Assembly: GCA_963725665.1 (NCBI GenBank)
Contig: CAVRZA010000011.1
Coordinates: 96,001 to 160,000 of the forward strand
Length of the DNA stretch: 64,000 nt
Direction of reading: 5' to 3'
Origin: an uncultured Actinomycetes bacterium
Lineage (GTDB): Bacteria > Actinomycetota > Thermoleophilia > UBA2241
In this document: in pieces, positions 19,370 to 29,586 of the stretch
Layout: each line of letters opens with the position of its first letter
Position numbering within the stretch: position 1 is the stretch's first letter
Made by a program: the position numbers and the translations under genes
Notes under the pieces: model-generated
Told to the model about the DNA's origin: nothing
The model's input: the letters and a program-made list of their open reading frames with translations, nothing else
The model's database searches: none

Positions 19370-19812
19370 GACGCCACCCACCCCCAGATCGTGAGCGCCA
19401 CCGTGGCGATGATCAGCACCAGGGCGATCGTGGTCGTGACCGGCTTGTGCAGGGGATTGCGCTCCCGGCTGCGGTCGACGAACGGCAACAGGATCATGGC
19501 GATCACGATCACCGCCGGCACGATGATGCCGACCTCTTCGGGCACGACTCTCAGGACTTGATAGAGGCTCAGGTAGTACCACTCGGGCTTTGTACTGGCC
19601 GGTGTCTCGAGGGGATTGGCAGGCGAGCCGAGCGCACTGGGCCATAGCAGCGCAAGGCCGCCCATGATGCCCAGGAAGAGAAACAGGATCATCACCTGCG
19701 AGGTGAACTCCTGCCAGAAGTACGGGATGAACTTCTCTCCCGGCTCGTGCTCGCGCTCCCAGTAGTAGCGGGAAGTGTGCTGCTGGCGGGGGCGACCGAC
19801 GATATCGGGCAT
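19366..19812 (-). CDS. petD: Cytochrome b C-terminal subunit (subunit IV/PetD-like)
   Basis: PANPLETPASTKPEWYYL; LLPFVDRS. Confidence 0.88.
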   Translation of the reverse strand: MPDIVGRPRQQHTSRYYWEREHEPGEKFIPYFWQEFTSQVMILFLFLGIMGGLALLWPSALGSPANPLETPASTKPEWYYLSLYQVLRVVPEEVGIIVPAVIVIAMILLPFVDRSRERNPLHKPVTTTIALVLIIATVALTIWGWVAS

Positions 19813-20480
19813 CACAGCCTCCCCGAGATGCCGTGCCGGCGGATCATCCAGAAGTGCGCCCCGAGGAAGACGGCGATGAGGACCGGCAAGGCGAGCACGT
19901 GTAGCGTGTAGAAGCGGCCCAGGGTGGCGCCGCTGATGGTCTCACCGCCGCGCAGGGTGACAAGCAGGAAGTGCCCGATCAGCGGTGTCGAGCCGGCGAT
20001 GTCGGTGCCGACCCGCGTCGCCCAGTAGGAGCGTTGGTCCCAGGGCAGAAGGTATCCGGTGAAGCCGAAGCTCAGCGTGACGAGCAGCAGCACGACGCCG
20101 GCCACCCAGTTGAGCTCGCGGGGCCGCTTGTACGCCCCCGTGAAAAAGACTCGGAGCATGTGCACAAAGACGAGCAGCACCATGCCGCTGGCGGCCCACT
20201 TGTGGATCGACCGTATCCACCAGCCGAACTGCACCGTGGTGGAGATGTCGACCACGCTCTGGTAGGCGCCCGCCGGGGTCGGCTGGTAGTAAACGGCCAG
20301 CAGGATACCGGTCACGAGCAGGATCAGGAACAGGATGAAGGCGATCCCGCCGAAGCAGTAGATGTAGTTGGTAGCGTGGATGGGGACGATGCGGTTGTAC
20401 TGGTCCTCCATCAACTCCTCAGTGCCGACGCGGTTGTTCACCCAGTCGACGACCGATGACGCTCTACTAGCCATCCTCAC
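19812..20480 (-). CDS. petB: Cytochrome b6-like N-terminal subunit
   Basis: YCFGG, IRSIHKWAAS, HMLRVFFTGAYKRPRELNW, TGYLLPWDQ, HGISG. Confidence 0.92.
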   Translation of the reverse strand: MRMASRASSVVDWVNNRVGTEELMEDQYNRIVPIHATNYIYCFGGIAFILFLILLVTGILLAVYYQPTPAGAYQSVVDISTTVQFGWWIRSIHKWAASGMVLLVFVHMLRVFFTGAYKRPRELNWVAGVVLLLVTLSFGFTGYLLPWDQRSYWATRVGTDIAGSTPLIGHFLLVTLRGGETISGATLGRFYTLHVLALPVLIAVFLGAHFWMIRRHGISGRL

Positions 20481-20532
20481 CTCCTCCTAGTGGGGATCGT
20501 GGAGCAACGGCGTGGCGCGGAGGACAGGCCGA

Positions 20533-20997
20533 TCACAGGAACTGCCCCTTGTACCAGGCTGGGTAGGCTGCTTTCGTGAGGTCGACCCGCCCGACGATCA
20601 CCGACCCACCCTGCACGTTCGCCGGGTAGGGCGGCAGGGGGAGCGTCGCCGGCCCGTGCAGCACGGCGCCGGTGTCGGAGAAGACGCTCCCGTGGCAGGG
20701 GCAGTCGAGCTTCTGGCCGGTAGGGTGCACGACACAGCCCAGGTGCGGGCAGATGGCCGAATGGACAGCGACGGTGCCTCCCTGGTTGATCACCCACACC
20801 GGCCTGCCTTCGGCCTCGGCCATCGTGATCTGGCCCGCCGGGAACTGCGAGAGCGGGCCGATGTCCACCGCTTGTCCGATGGCCGCCGACACGGCCGGGG
20901 GCGGCTTGAGGAAGCGGATGATGGGATAGATGATGCCTCCCACCGCCACGGCTCCGACGATGCCGATCGCCCATGAGAGGAAGTTGCGTCTCGTCAC
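20533..20997 (-). CDS. petC: Rieske [2Fe-2S] protein
   Basis: TRRNFL Tat motif, CPHLGC, CPCHGS; GTG 20997 with GGAGGT RBS. Confidence 0.92.
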   Translation of the reverse strand: MTRRNFLSWAIGIVGAVAVGGIIYPIIRFLKPPPAVSAAIGQAVDIGPLSQFPAGQITMAEAEGRPVWVINQGGTVAVHSAICPHLGCVVHPTGQKLDCPCHGSVFSDTGAVLHGPATLPLPPYPANVQGGSVIVGRVDLTKAAYPAWYKGQFL

Positions 20998-21182
20998 CCA
21001 GTACCTCCCCCTGCTCACGTCCCGAGCTCCGCGCGCAACTCCGCGCACCACTCGGTTTCGCGCATTACGATGGTGAAAAGGGGTGAGTGTCAACTGTTGC
21101 GGGTTTCGAGCGCGCCGTGGGGCGGCGAGACGCGAGTCTCGCCGCCCCGCGGCGCGCTGCAGCCCGGTGCTATCATCGCCGC

Positions 21183-21909
21183 GTGCTCGGGTACTACGCG
21201 AAGAACCTTGTGTCTGGCCTCACGCTGGCGGCGAACGAGCGCGTCGTCGTGCCCTCCTGGAGCACCATCAAGGTCCTGCTGGCCCTCGCCTTCTGGCGCG
21301 CGGTCGAAGAGGAGCGGCTCAGCGCCGGCTACCCCTACGCGTTCCAGCCCTGGCAGAGCGTCCGGCGGCAGCGGCGTCCTGCGTGGCTTCAGGCACGCGG
21401 CACGCATCACGCTCGCCGACCTCGCCCACCTTTCGCTGGTCGTGAGCGACAACGACGCCGCGAACATCCTGCTGGCCTTCGTCGGCCTCGAGCCGGTCAA
21501 CGACCTCGCCGCCGAGCTTGGGCTCCAGGACACGGCCGTGCGGCGGCGGATGATGGACGCGGCGGCCCGGGCGGAGGGACGCGACAACGTGACCAGTGCC
21601 CGCGACCTCGGCCTGCTGTTCGAGGAGCTCGAGCGTGGATCGGTCCTCAGCGAGCGCGTGCGGGCGCAGGTGAAGGCGTCACTCGCGGCGCAGGAGCACC
21701 GTGACGGCATCGCGCGCTACCTGCCTGCGGAGGCGACGTACCTGGGGAAGGTCGGCGACGACGCGCCGGAGGGACGCTGCGCGCACGACGCCGCGCTCGT
21801 TCTGACTCCCGAAGCGCGGCTGGTGATCGTCGTCATGGGCGACGGCATCGGCGGGTACGAGCCGGTCTCGCGGCTAGGTTCGACCTTGTACGGGGCGCTG
21901 CTGACCTGA
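21183..21909 (+). CDS. Serine hydrolase of class A beta-lactamase-like fold (frameshift near 21362)
   Basis: STIK (SxxK), GGSGVL, SDN and KVG motifs spread across two frames. Confidence 0.8.
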
Positions 21910-21930
21910 CTTGCGGCCTGACCCGGCCTC

Positions 21931-22950
21931 TCACAAGACCGCCGGCTCGACCCCGAGCCCCGGCGCCTCAGAGGCGCGCAGCACGTCGGCGTCGACCTCG
22001 ATGCCCTTGAACGGGTCGCGGGCCAGCAACAGCGCGCCGTCGAGGTCGACGTAGTCGGCGAGACCGGCGAGCTGCAGGCCGGCGGCGACGCCGAGGCTCG
22101 ACGAGACCATGCAGCCGAGGAGCACCTGGAGCCCGCGACCCCGCAGGGCCGAGATCAGGCCGAACGCCGAGGCGATGCCGCCGGCTTTGTCGAGCTTCAC
22201 CACGCCGCCGTCGTAAAGCTCGTAGATCTCATCGAGCTGCTCGAGGCCGAGCAGCGCTTCATCGGCGAAGATCGGTACTGAGGAACGGTCTCGCAGCCAG
22301 TCCTGGCCCTCGACGTCGGTGACTGGCAGCGGCTGCTCGACGAGCTCCGCGCCGAGGGCGGCCAGGGCCTCGAGAGTCCTGGCCGCCCGCTCGCGGTCCC
22401 AGCCCTCGTTGACGTCGTAGCGGAAGCGCTTCTCGGGGAGCGCTTCGGCCAGCCGTCGCGCCAGCTCGAAGTCGCCGTCAAAGCCCAACTTCACCTTGAG
22501 GACCTCGAACGGCATCGCCGCGCGCGCGTGAGCGATCATCGCTGCGGGCTCGTCGATGGCGATCGTGTACGACGTCGGCGCCTCGGGACGCTGCAGGCCG
22601 AGCAGCTCCCACACAGGCCGGCCGGCCTGCTTGCCCGCCAGGTCCCAGGCGGCGGCGGAGAGGGCGGCGCGCAGCGCCGGCAGCGCCGCCGCCTGCTCGG
22701 CGGCGAAGTCCTCGACGGCCGCGGGACCCTGCAGGCGCGCGACGACGCCGCCCACCTCTTTGAGGCGGGCGGCGTCGTCGCGCCGCGTCTCGCCGTAGCG
22801 CAGGTTCGGCGCGCCCTCGCCGCGACCCACGTTCCCCAGGTCGTCGAGAAGCTCTAGATAGAAGTTGCGGAAGAGCGTGTTCGTCCAGCGCGAGATGCCG
22901 AAGGGGGCGGCGGTCTCGAGATCGAGCAGCTTGTAGCGCAGCTTCGCCAA
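21931..22950 (-). CDS. Dipeptide epimerase (L-Ala-D/L-Glu epimerase, enolase superfamily)
   Basis: PFGISR, KVKLG, DVNEGW, EQP, ADE, KLDKAGG, GCM, DLDG. Confidence 0.9.
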   Translation of the reverse strand: MAKLRYKLLDLETAAPFGISRWTNTLFRNFYLELLDDLGNVGRGEGAPNLRYGETRRDDAARLKEVGGVVARLQGPAAVEDFAAEQAAALPALRAALSAAAWDLAGKQAGRPVWELLGLQRPEAPTSYTIAIDEPAAMIAHARAAMPFEVLKVKLGFDGDFELARRLAEALPEKRFRYDVNEGWDRERAARTLEALAALGAELVEQPLPVTDVEGQDWLRDRSSVPIFADEALLGLEQLDEIYELYDGGVVKLDKAGGIASAFGLISALRGRGLQVLLGCMVSSSLGVAAGLQLAGLADYVDLDGALLLARDPFKGIEVDADVLRASEAPGLGVEPAVL

Positions 22951-23042
22951 GTCACCTCGGGGTTCGGGCAGAGCAGCGGACGCCTTCCCAATCCGCCCAG
23001 CGGTTTCGCGCATCCTAGCAGGCAGTACGCACTACACTTGCC

Positions 23043-24137
23043 ATGCCGATGAGCGTATGTCTTATATACAGCGTCAACCATCCCAGAGCCTTGGGGGGAA
23101 GCACGGCACAGCTCCTCACCGTCACCGACCTCTCGGTCGAGTTCGCCAGCCAGGAGGGGACCGTCCACGCGGTCGACCACGTGAGCTTCGCCTTGGACCA
23201 GGGCGAGCTCGTCGGTCTCGTGGGCGAGTCGGGCTGCGGCAAGAGCATCACCGCCCTCTCGATCCTCGGCCTCGTACGCATGATGAAGAACTCCACCACG
23301 ACCGGGGTGATCGACTTCGAGGGCAAGGACCTTGTCTCCCTCCCCGAGAGCGAGGTGCGCAAGGTGCGCGGCCGCGACATCTCGATGATCTTCCAGGACC
23401 CGGTGACGAGCCTCAACCCGGTGCTCTCCATCGAGCGCCAGATGACGGAGGGCATCGAGACCCACCTCGGCGTGAGCCACGGCGAGGCCGTCAAACGCTC
23501 GATCGAGATGCTCAAGCTGGTGGGCATTCCCAAGGCCGAGGAACGCATCCGCGACTACCCGCACCAGTTCTCGGGCGGCATGCGCCAGCGGGTGATGATC
23601 GCCATCGCCCTCTCCTGCAACCCCAAGCTCCTGCTCGCCGACGAGCCCACAACGGCCCTCGACGTGACCATCCAGGCGCAGATTCTCAGGCTGATGAAGC
23701 GCCTCTCGCGCGAGTACAACGCCGCCATCATCGTGATCACGCACGATCTCGGCGTCGTCGCCGGCATGTGCAAACGCATCCTGGTGATGTATGCGGGGCG
23801 CATCGTCGAAGAAGGTCCGGCCAAGCCGCTCTTCCATCACCCCTTCCACCCCTACACCGTGGGCCTCTTGCGCTCCGTGCCGCGACTCGACGAACCGCGC
23901 AGCGTGAAGCTGCAGTCGATCGAGGGCCTGCCGCCCGACCTCGCCCACCTGCCGCCCGGCTGCGCCTTCGCGCCGCGCTGCAGCTTCGCAACACGCGAGT
24001 GCTGGCAGGACGTGCCCGAGCTCTTCCCCGCCATGAACGACCGCCGCTCGGCCTGCTTCCACTTCGAGAAGCTCATGCAAGCCGAGCCCGCGCGTCGGGG
24101 CGCAGCTCTGGCGGCGGGAGAGGCGGAGACGGCGTGA
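23043..24137 (+). CDS. oppD: Oligopeptide ABC transporter ATP-binding protein (start uncertain, possibly 23091 or 23103)
   Basis: [34 protein letters not shown]. Confidence 0.93.
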   Translation: MPMSVCLIYSVNHPRALGGSTAQLLTVTDLSVEFASQEGTVHAVDHVSFALDQGELVGLVGESGCGKSITALSILGLVRMMKNSTTTGVIDFEGKDLVSLPESEVRKVRGRDISMIFQDPVTSLNPVLSIERQMTEGIETHLGVSHGEAVKRSIEMLKLVGIPKAEERIRDYPHQFSGGMRQRVMIAIALSCNPKLLLADEPTTALDVTIQAQILRLMKRLSREYNAAIIVITHDLGVVAGMCKRILVMYAGRIVEEGPAKPLFHHPFHPYTVGLLRSVPRLDEPRSVKLQSIEGLPPDLAHLPPGCAFAPRCSFATRECWQDVPELFPAMNDRRSACFHFEKLMQAEPARRGAALAAGEAETA

Positions 24138-25252
24138 GCGCGATGCAGAGCCCCACCGCCACGCCGGCGAGCGCGCCGGCCGGCAACGGCGACCTGGTCA
24201 CCGTCAAGGACCTGAAGGTCCACTTCCCCATCACCAGCGGCATCGTCTTCCAGCGCAAGGTGGGTGCCGTGCACGCGGTCGACGGCATCAGCCTGACCAT
24301 CAAGACGGGCGAGACGCTGGGCCTCGTTGGTGAGTCGGGCTGCGGCAAGTCGACCACCGGCAGGGCCATCCTGCGGCTCGAGCCGCTGACGGGCGGCCAC
24401 GTGCTCTACGAGGGCGCCGACCTGGCCGTGCTGCGCGGCGGCGCGCTGCGTCGCCAGCGCCGCCGCATGCAGATGATCTTCCAGGATCCCTACGCCTCGT
24501 TGAACTCGCGCATGACGGTGGGCGACATCGTCAGCGAGCCGCTGCTCGTGCACAAGCTCTGCCCACGCGGCGAGCGCGAGAAGCGCACCCGCGAGCTCCT
24601 CGAGCTGGTGGGCATCAACCCCAACACCTTAAACCGCTATCCGCACGAGTTCTCCGGCGGCCAGCGGCAACGCATCGGCATCGCCCGCGCCCTCGCCGTG
24701 GAGCCCAACTTCATCGTCTGCGACGAGCCCATCAGCGCCCTCGACGTCTCCATCCGAGCGCAGATCATCAACCTGCTGCAGCGTCTCCAGGGGGAGTTCG
24801 GGCTGACCTACCTGTTCATCGCCCACGATCTCTCCGTCGTGCGCCACATCTCCGACCGCGTGGCCGTCATGTACCTGGGACGCATCGTCGAGCTGGCCGA
24901 GAACTCGGTGCTCTACGAGACGCCCATGCACCCCTACACGCAGGCGCTCCTGAGCGCGGTGCCCATCCCCGACCCGGCGGCGGAGGAGATGCGCCGGCCA
25001 GTCGTGCTCAAGGGCGACGTGCCCAGCCCCGTGGACCCGCCCAAGGGCTGCCACTTCCACACCCGCTGCCCCGCCGTGCAGGAGGGGCTCTGCGACACCG
25101 AAGACCCGCCGCTCGTCGAGGTGCGGCCCGATCACTGGGCCGCCTGTCACCTGATCACCCCCGGCTACTTCCCTAACATCCGCACGGCCGAGAACATCGA
25201 ACCCGAGTTCGCCGGGCCGCCGACCGAGAACACCGAGGGAGGTGACGTCTGA
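24134..25252 (+). CDS. oppF: Oligopeptide ABC transporter ATP-binding protein
   Basis: [30 protein letters not shown]. Confidence 0.93.
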   Translation: MSAMQSPTATPASAPAGNGDLVTVKDLKVHFPITSGIVFQRKVGAVHAVDGISLTIKTGETLGLVGESGCGKSTTGRAILRLEPLTGGHVLYEGADLAVLRGGALRRQRRRMQMIFQDPYASLNSRMTVGDIVSEPLLVHKLCPRGEREKRTRELLELVGINPNTLNRYPHEFSGGQRQRIGIARALAVEPNFIVCDEPISALDVSIRAQIINLLQRLQGEFGLTYLFIAHDLSVVRHISDRVAVMYLGRIVELAENSVLYETPMHPYTQALLSAVPIPDPAAEEMRRPVVLKGDVPSPVDPPKGCHFHTRCPAVQEGLCDTEDPPLVEVRPDHWAACHLITPGYFPNIRTAENIEPEFAGPPTENTEGGDV

Positions 25253-26289
25253 TGGCGGACGAGCTCTACGTCGACCCCAGCGAGGCTCGGGCGGCGGCGG
25301 CCGACTACGTCGTTGAAGACGTCCGCCCCCCCGCCGAGCTCGAGGACCTGGCCCAAGGCTGGTCGCCCGACGCGGCCATCATCGAACACCGCGGGACCTG
25401 GGAAGAGGTCTGGATCCGCTTCCGCCAGGACAAGTTCGCCGTCGCCGGCCTCGTGGTGATCGGCATCCTTGTGTTCGTCGCCATAACGGCGCCCTGGATC
25501 GCCCCGCACAACCCCACGACTCAGTACGACGAGGGCCTCACCATGAAAGGCATGCCGGTGGGCTCGTCGGCCAAGTTCTGGCTGGGCACCGACACACTCG
25601 GCCGCGACCTGCTCAGTCGCCTCATGTACGGCGCCCGCGTGTCGCTCGTCATCGGCATCATGGCCAACGGGCTCGCCCTCATCCTCGGCGTCATCTTCGG
25701 GCTGACGGCCGGCTTCTTCCGCGGCGCGACGGAGACGGCGATCATGCGCGCCACCGACGTGATGATGGCCTTCCCCATCTACCTGTTGGCGGTGGCGCTC
25801 GTCTCGGTCCTGAAACCGAGTCTCTGGATCCTCATCTTCGTCATCGGCTTCGTCTACTGGACGCCGATGACGCGCGTCATCCACGGCGAGGTCCTGTCCA
25901 TCAGGGAGAAGGAGTTCGTGGCGGCGGCGCGCCTGACCGGGTGCACCAACGTGCGCATCCTCTACCGTCACATCCTGCCGCACCTCGTGGCGCCGATCAT
26001 CGTCTACACGAGCCTCGGCATCGCGACGACGGTGCTCTTCGAGGCGACACTGAGCTACATCGGGCTCGGCGTGCAGCCGCCCACGCCGTCGTGGGGACAG
26101 ATGATCTCCGACGGCCAGAACTACTACCTCTCGGCACCCCACCTGGTCATCTATCCGGGTCTCTGCATCATGATCACCGTGCTCGCGTTCAACCTCGTGG
26201 GCGACGGGCTCCGGGACGCCTTCGACCCGCAGCAGAGGCGACAGGTAGGCGCGGCATGGCGGGGTGCACGTCGAGATGGGGTCACATGA
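25252..26289 (+). CDS. oppC: Oligopeptide ABC transporter permease
   Basis: LGTDTLGRDLLSRLMYGARVSL; EATLSYIGLGVQPPTPSWG. Confidence 0.93.
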   Translation: MADELYVDPSEARAAAADYVVEDVRPPAELEDLAQGWSPDAAIIEHRGTWEEVWIRFRQDKFAVAGLVVIGILVFVAITAPWIAPHNPTTQYDEGLTMKGMPVGSSAKFWLGTDTLGRDLLSRLMYGARVSLVIGIMANGLALILGVIFGLTAGFFRGATETAIMRATDVMMAFPIYLLAVALVSVLKPSLWILIFVIGFVYWTPMTRVIHGEVLSIREKEFVAAARLTGCTNVRILYRHILPHLVAPIIVYTSLGIATTVLFEATLSYIGLGVQPPTPSWGQMISDGQNYYLSAPHLVIYPGLCIMITVLAFNLVGDGLRDAFDPQQRRQVGAAWRGARRDGVT

Positions 26290-26305
26290 AAAGGGGAGGG
26301 ACTCG

Positions 26306-27969
26306 ATGACGAGCAGGAGACTTCTCTGGCTGAGCGTGGCGCTGGTCGTGATCGCCGCGCTGGCGCTGGTGGCCGCCGGCTGCGGCACGACCAGCACCAG
26401 CACCGGCGGCGCGAGCCCGAGTGCCGCCGGCGGCGGCAGCCCCAAACAGGGCGGCACGCTGACCATCGGCTACCAGGGCGAGCCCACCGGGCTCGACCCG
26501 GCGATCGCCTACGAGAACGAGGCGTGGACCATCGAGAACATGATCTACAACGGCCTTGTCAAGTACGCCAGCGGCTCGGGCGAGGCGGGCACCAAGATCG
26601 TGCCCGACCTCGCCGAGGCCATGCCGACCATCTCGGCCGACGGCAAGACCTTCACCTTCAAGCTGCGGCAGGGCGTGAAGTTCCAGGCACCTGTGAGCCG
26701 CGAGGTGACGGCCGACGACTTCAAGTGGTCCTTCTATGCGCATGATGAGGCTCCCCAAGGCGCCCGCGACCTTCTTCTACGAGGGCATCGTGGGGGCGAA
26801 GGCCTACGAGAACCGCAAGGCCAGCGATGTGGCAGGCGTCAAGGTCCTCGACAACTACACGCTCGAGTTCGACCTCACGCAGCCCGATGCCACGTTCCTG
26901 AACAAGCTCGCGATGCCGTTCATGTACGTGCTCCCGAAGGAGTGGGTTGCGAAATGGGGTGACCACTTCAACCGCCACCCGCTGGGGACCGGCCAGTACA
27001 TCATGCAGAGCTGGTCGACCAGCAAGATGGTGCTTCCCAAGAATCCGGACTTCTTCGATCCCAGCATGCAGTACGCCGACCAGTGGGTCTGGGACTTCAC
27101 GCCGACGCCCACACGACAGGTACTCATGATCCAGCGTGGCTTGATCGACATCATGGGCAACCGCGTGGCGCCCGCCGATCTCGTGCGCGTCTCCAACGAC
27201 CCGCAGCTGAAGAACAACCTCGCCAGCGCACCCTACATCGCCCTCTACTACACCTTCTACAACGTGAAGTACAAGCCGTTCGACAACAAGCTTGTGCGAC
27301 AGGCCATCAACTACGCCATCAACCGCGAGAAGCTCGTGAAACTGCAGAGCGGGGCGGCCAGCGTCCTGAATCAGGTCTATCCCGAGGGCATGCCGGGTTA
27401 CGAGCCCAATGCGGACTACTACCCGTACGACCCGACCAAGGCCAAGGAGCTGCTCGCCCAAGCCGGCTTCCCCAACGGCTTCAAGACGACCTACTGGTGC
27501 CTCAACACCGACCCGGCGCCGAAGATCGCCCAGTCGATCACCAATGACCTGCAGGCCGTCGGCATCAAGGCGAACCTCAAGCTGATGGAGGAATCGGCCT
27601 ACTGGACCGCGACGGCGGCGCCGTCGACCGGCATCGCCATCGGCTACTCCGACTGGTACATGGACTTCCCCGACCCGTCGGACTGGATCGAACCCCTGTT
27701 CGCGAAGGCTTCCACGGAGCCCGGTGGGATGGATGCCGGCAACTGGTGGGATCCGCAGGTCGAGGCGCTGTCCAAGCAGGCGGCCGACGATGCCCGCCGG
27801 CACGCAGCGCACCCAGCTCTACACCCAGATGCAGCAGATCATCATGGAGCAGGCGGCCGTCGACCCGATGTACCAGCCGGTGGAGAACTACATGTTCTCG
27901 GACAACGTGGGCGGCTACTACATCCACCCGGTGTGGATCAACAACTATCTCGACTACTGGAGGAAGTAG
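26306..27969 (+). CDS. oppA: Oligopeptide ABC transporter substrate-binding lipoprotein (frameshifts near 26735 and 27785)
   Basis: Lipobox LVAAGC; family 5 SBP motifs (PDLAE, TFKLRQGVKF, PLGTG, VRQAINYAINRE) across three ORFs. Confidence 0.85.
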
Positions 27970-27977
27970 CGGCGTCG

Positions 27978-28010
27978 GGCGGGGCGGCGGCGGGACGCCG
28001 CCGCCCCGCC
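27978..28010. repeat. GC-only palindromic hairpin between oppA and oppB
   Basis: 15-bp arms GGCGGGGCGGCGGCG / CGCCGCCGCCCCGCC with 3-nt loop. Confidence 0.8.
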
Positions 28011-28139
28011 AAAGCAGCCTCACGGCGCGCGACCGAGTGATGAGAACAGGCGAGGGACAGATGACAGGCAGCGGGCGGGCCGCCACACGCCGGCCCGCGG
28101 CGAGCGGAGCGCCGGCCGCGGGCCGGCCCGGGAGGCAGC

Positions 28140-29069
28140 ATGGGTAAGTACCTCGTCCGCCGGTTGCTCTGGATGGTGGTCGTGCTCTTCTTCGTCAGCC
28201 TGCTGACCTTCCTGCTTGCCTACGCCGTGCCGGCCGACCCGGCTAAGGCCGTCGCCGGCACGCATGCCACGCCCGAGGTGCTGGCGCGCATCCGACACGA
28301 CCTCGGTCTCGACAAGCCGATCTACACGCAGTACGGGCTCTACCTCTGGCACCTCGTGCACGGCAACTTCGGCTACTCCTTCCAGACCCAGCTGCCGGTC
28401 ATGTCGGCCATCCTGCAGCGGTTCCCGGCGACAGTCATGATCGCCCTCTTCGGCATCTTCTTCGAGCTGATCATTGGGATCCCCATCGGGATGGTCTCGG
28501 CCCTGAAGCAGTACAGCGTCCAGGACCGCACCTTCACCGTGGTGAGCCTCCTCGGCATCGCCGCGCCGGCGTTCTGGCTGGGCCTCATCATGCTGTACAT
28601 CTTCGCCTTCAAGATCCCCATCTTCCCGCTAGGTGGCTACGACGGCTGGCTGCACCCCATCTACGGCGTCCTGCCCGGCCTCGCCCTGGGCATCGGCGGC
28701 GCCGCCTGGTACTCGCGCATGCTGCGCTCGAGCATGCTCGACATCCTGAACGCCGACTACGTGCGCGCCGCGCGCGCCAAGGGCCTGCCCGAGCGCACCG
28801 TCGTGTGGCGCCACATCATGCGCAACGCCTGGTCGCCGATCGTCACCCTGCTGGGCATGGACTTCGGCTGGTTCCTCGGCGGTGTGCTCGTCATCGAGGT
28901 CGTCTTCGGCGTGCCCGGCATCGGCTGGCAGGCCTGGAACGCCATCCAGACGAGCGACATCCCGATGATCATGGGCACCGTGGTCTTCGCGGCCCTGCTG
29001 GTCGTGGTCTCGAACCTGGTCGTCGACATCGCCTACACCTGGCTCGACCCGCGTGTGAAGTACAGTTGA
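28140..29069 (+). CDS. oppB: Oligopeptide ABC transporter permease
   Basis: LGLDKPIYTQY, DYVRAARAKGL, LDPRVK. Confidence 0.93.
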   Translation: MGKYLVRRLLWMVVVLFFVSLLTFLLAYAVPADPAKAVAGTHATPEVLARIRHDLGLDKPIYTQYGLYLWHLVHGNFGYSFQTQLPVMSAILQRFPATVMIALFGIFFELIIGIPIGMVSALKQYSVQDRTFTVVSLLGIAAPAFWLGLIMLYIFAFKIPIFPLGGYDGWLHPIYGVLPGLALGIGGAAWYSRMLRSSMLDILNADYVRAARAKGLPERTVVWRHIMRNAWSPIVTLLGMDFGWFLGGVLVIEVVFGVPGIGWQAWNAIQTSDIPMIMGTVVFAALLVVVSNLVVDIAYTWLDPRVKYS

Positions 29070-29169
29070 GACGCGCCTGCCCGAGCCGCAGCCGGCGCGC
29101 CGCGTGGACATCGAGCCGAGGCCCGGCCGTCACGCGCGAGCGGATCGTCGCGCACTCCGTCTCGTAGAC

Positions 29170-29219
29170 GGGGGCGGGGGCGGTTAGGCCATTCTGGCCT
29201 AACCGCCCCCGCCCCCTTT
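29170..29219 (+). terminator. Terminator after the opp operon
   Basis: 22-bp perfect stem followed by TTT. Confidence 0.85.
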
Positions 29220-29586
29220 GCACGCGACTCGTACCACACGTACACTTACTGATCGTGGACTGCGGCACGGGGTACCCCGGCCCGCGTTGAGACCGGCTCG
29301 CCCGGCGACGCGGCTCCGAAGTGCTCCCGTCGCCGTCGAGACACCCCGATCCGCGAGCGCGACGCGCTCCTTTACACTGGGAGGTGGTACGCACACGTCG
29401 TCCCGCGGCCTCACAGAGGCCACGAGAGGCGACCGTGGTTGAGAGACGTGACGCAGAATGCACTACGATGTGCCTGCTCATGCCGCTTTCTCGCGCCCAG
29501 CGACCTCGTCTTCTGAAGTCGCGTGAGCGACGAGAAGCGGCCCGATCACGAGTTCGAAAGGAGACCCCCGCGCGGGGAGTGACATC

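Noticed and set aside
21183-21909. Antibiotic-resistance beta-lactamase call
   Set aside because: It has SxxK/SDN/KxG but no signal peptide or clear class A omega-loop ExxLN motif; the context suggests a peptidase.
29220-29586. Long intergenic region upstream of mmsA as a riboswitch or sRNA
   Set aside because: No recognisable conserved RNA motif or convincing small ORF; only a plausible -10 (TACGAT) was seen.
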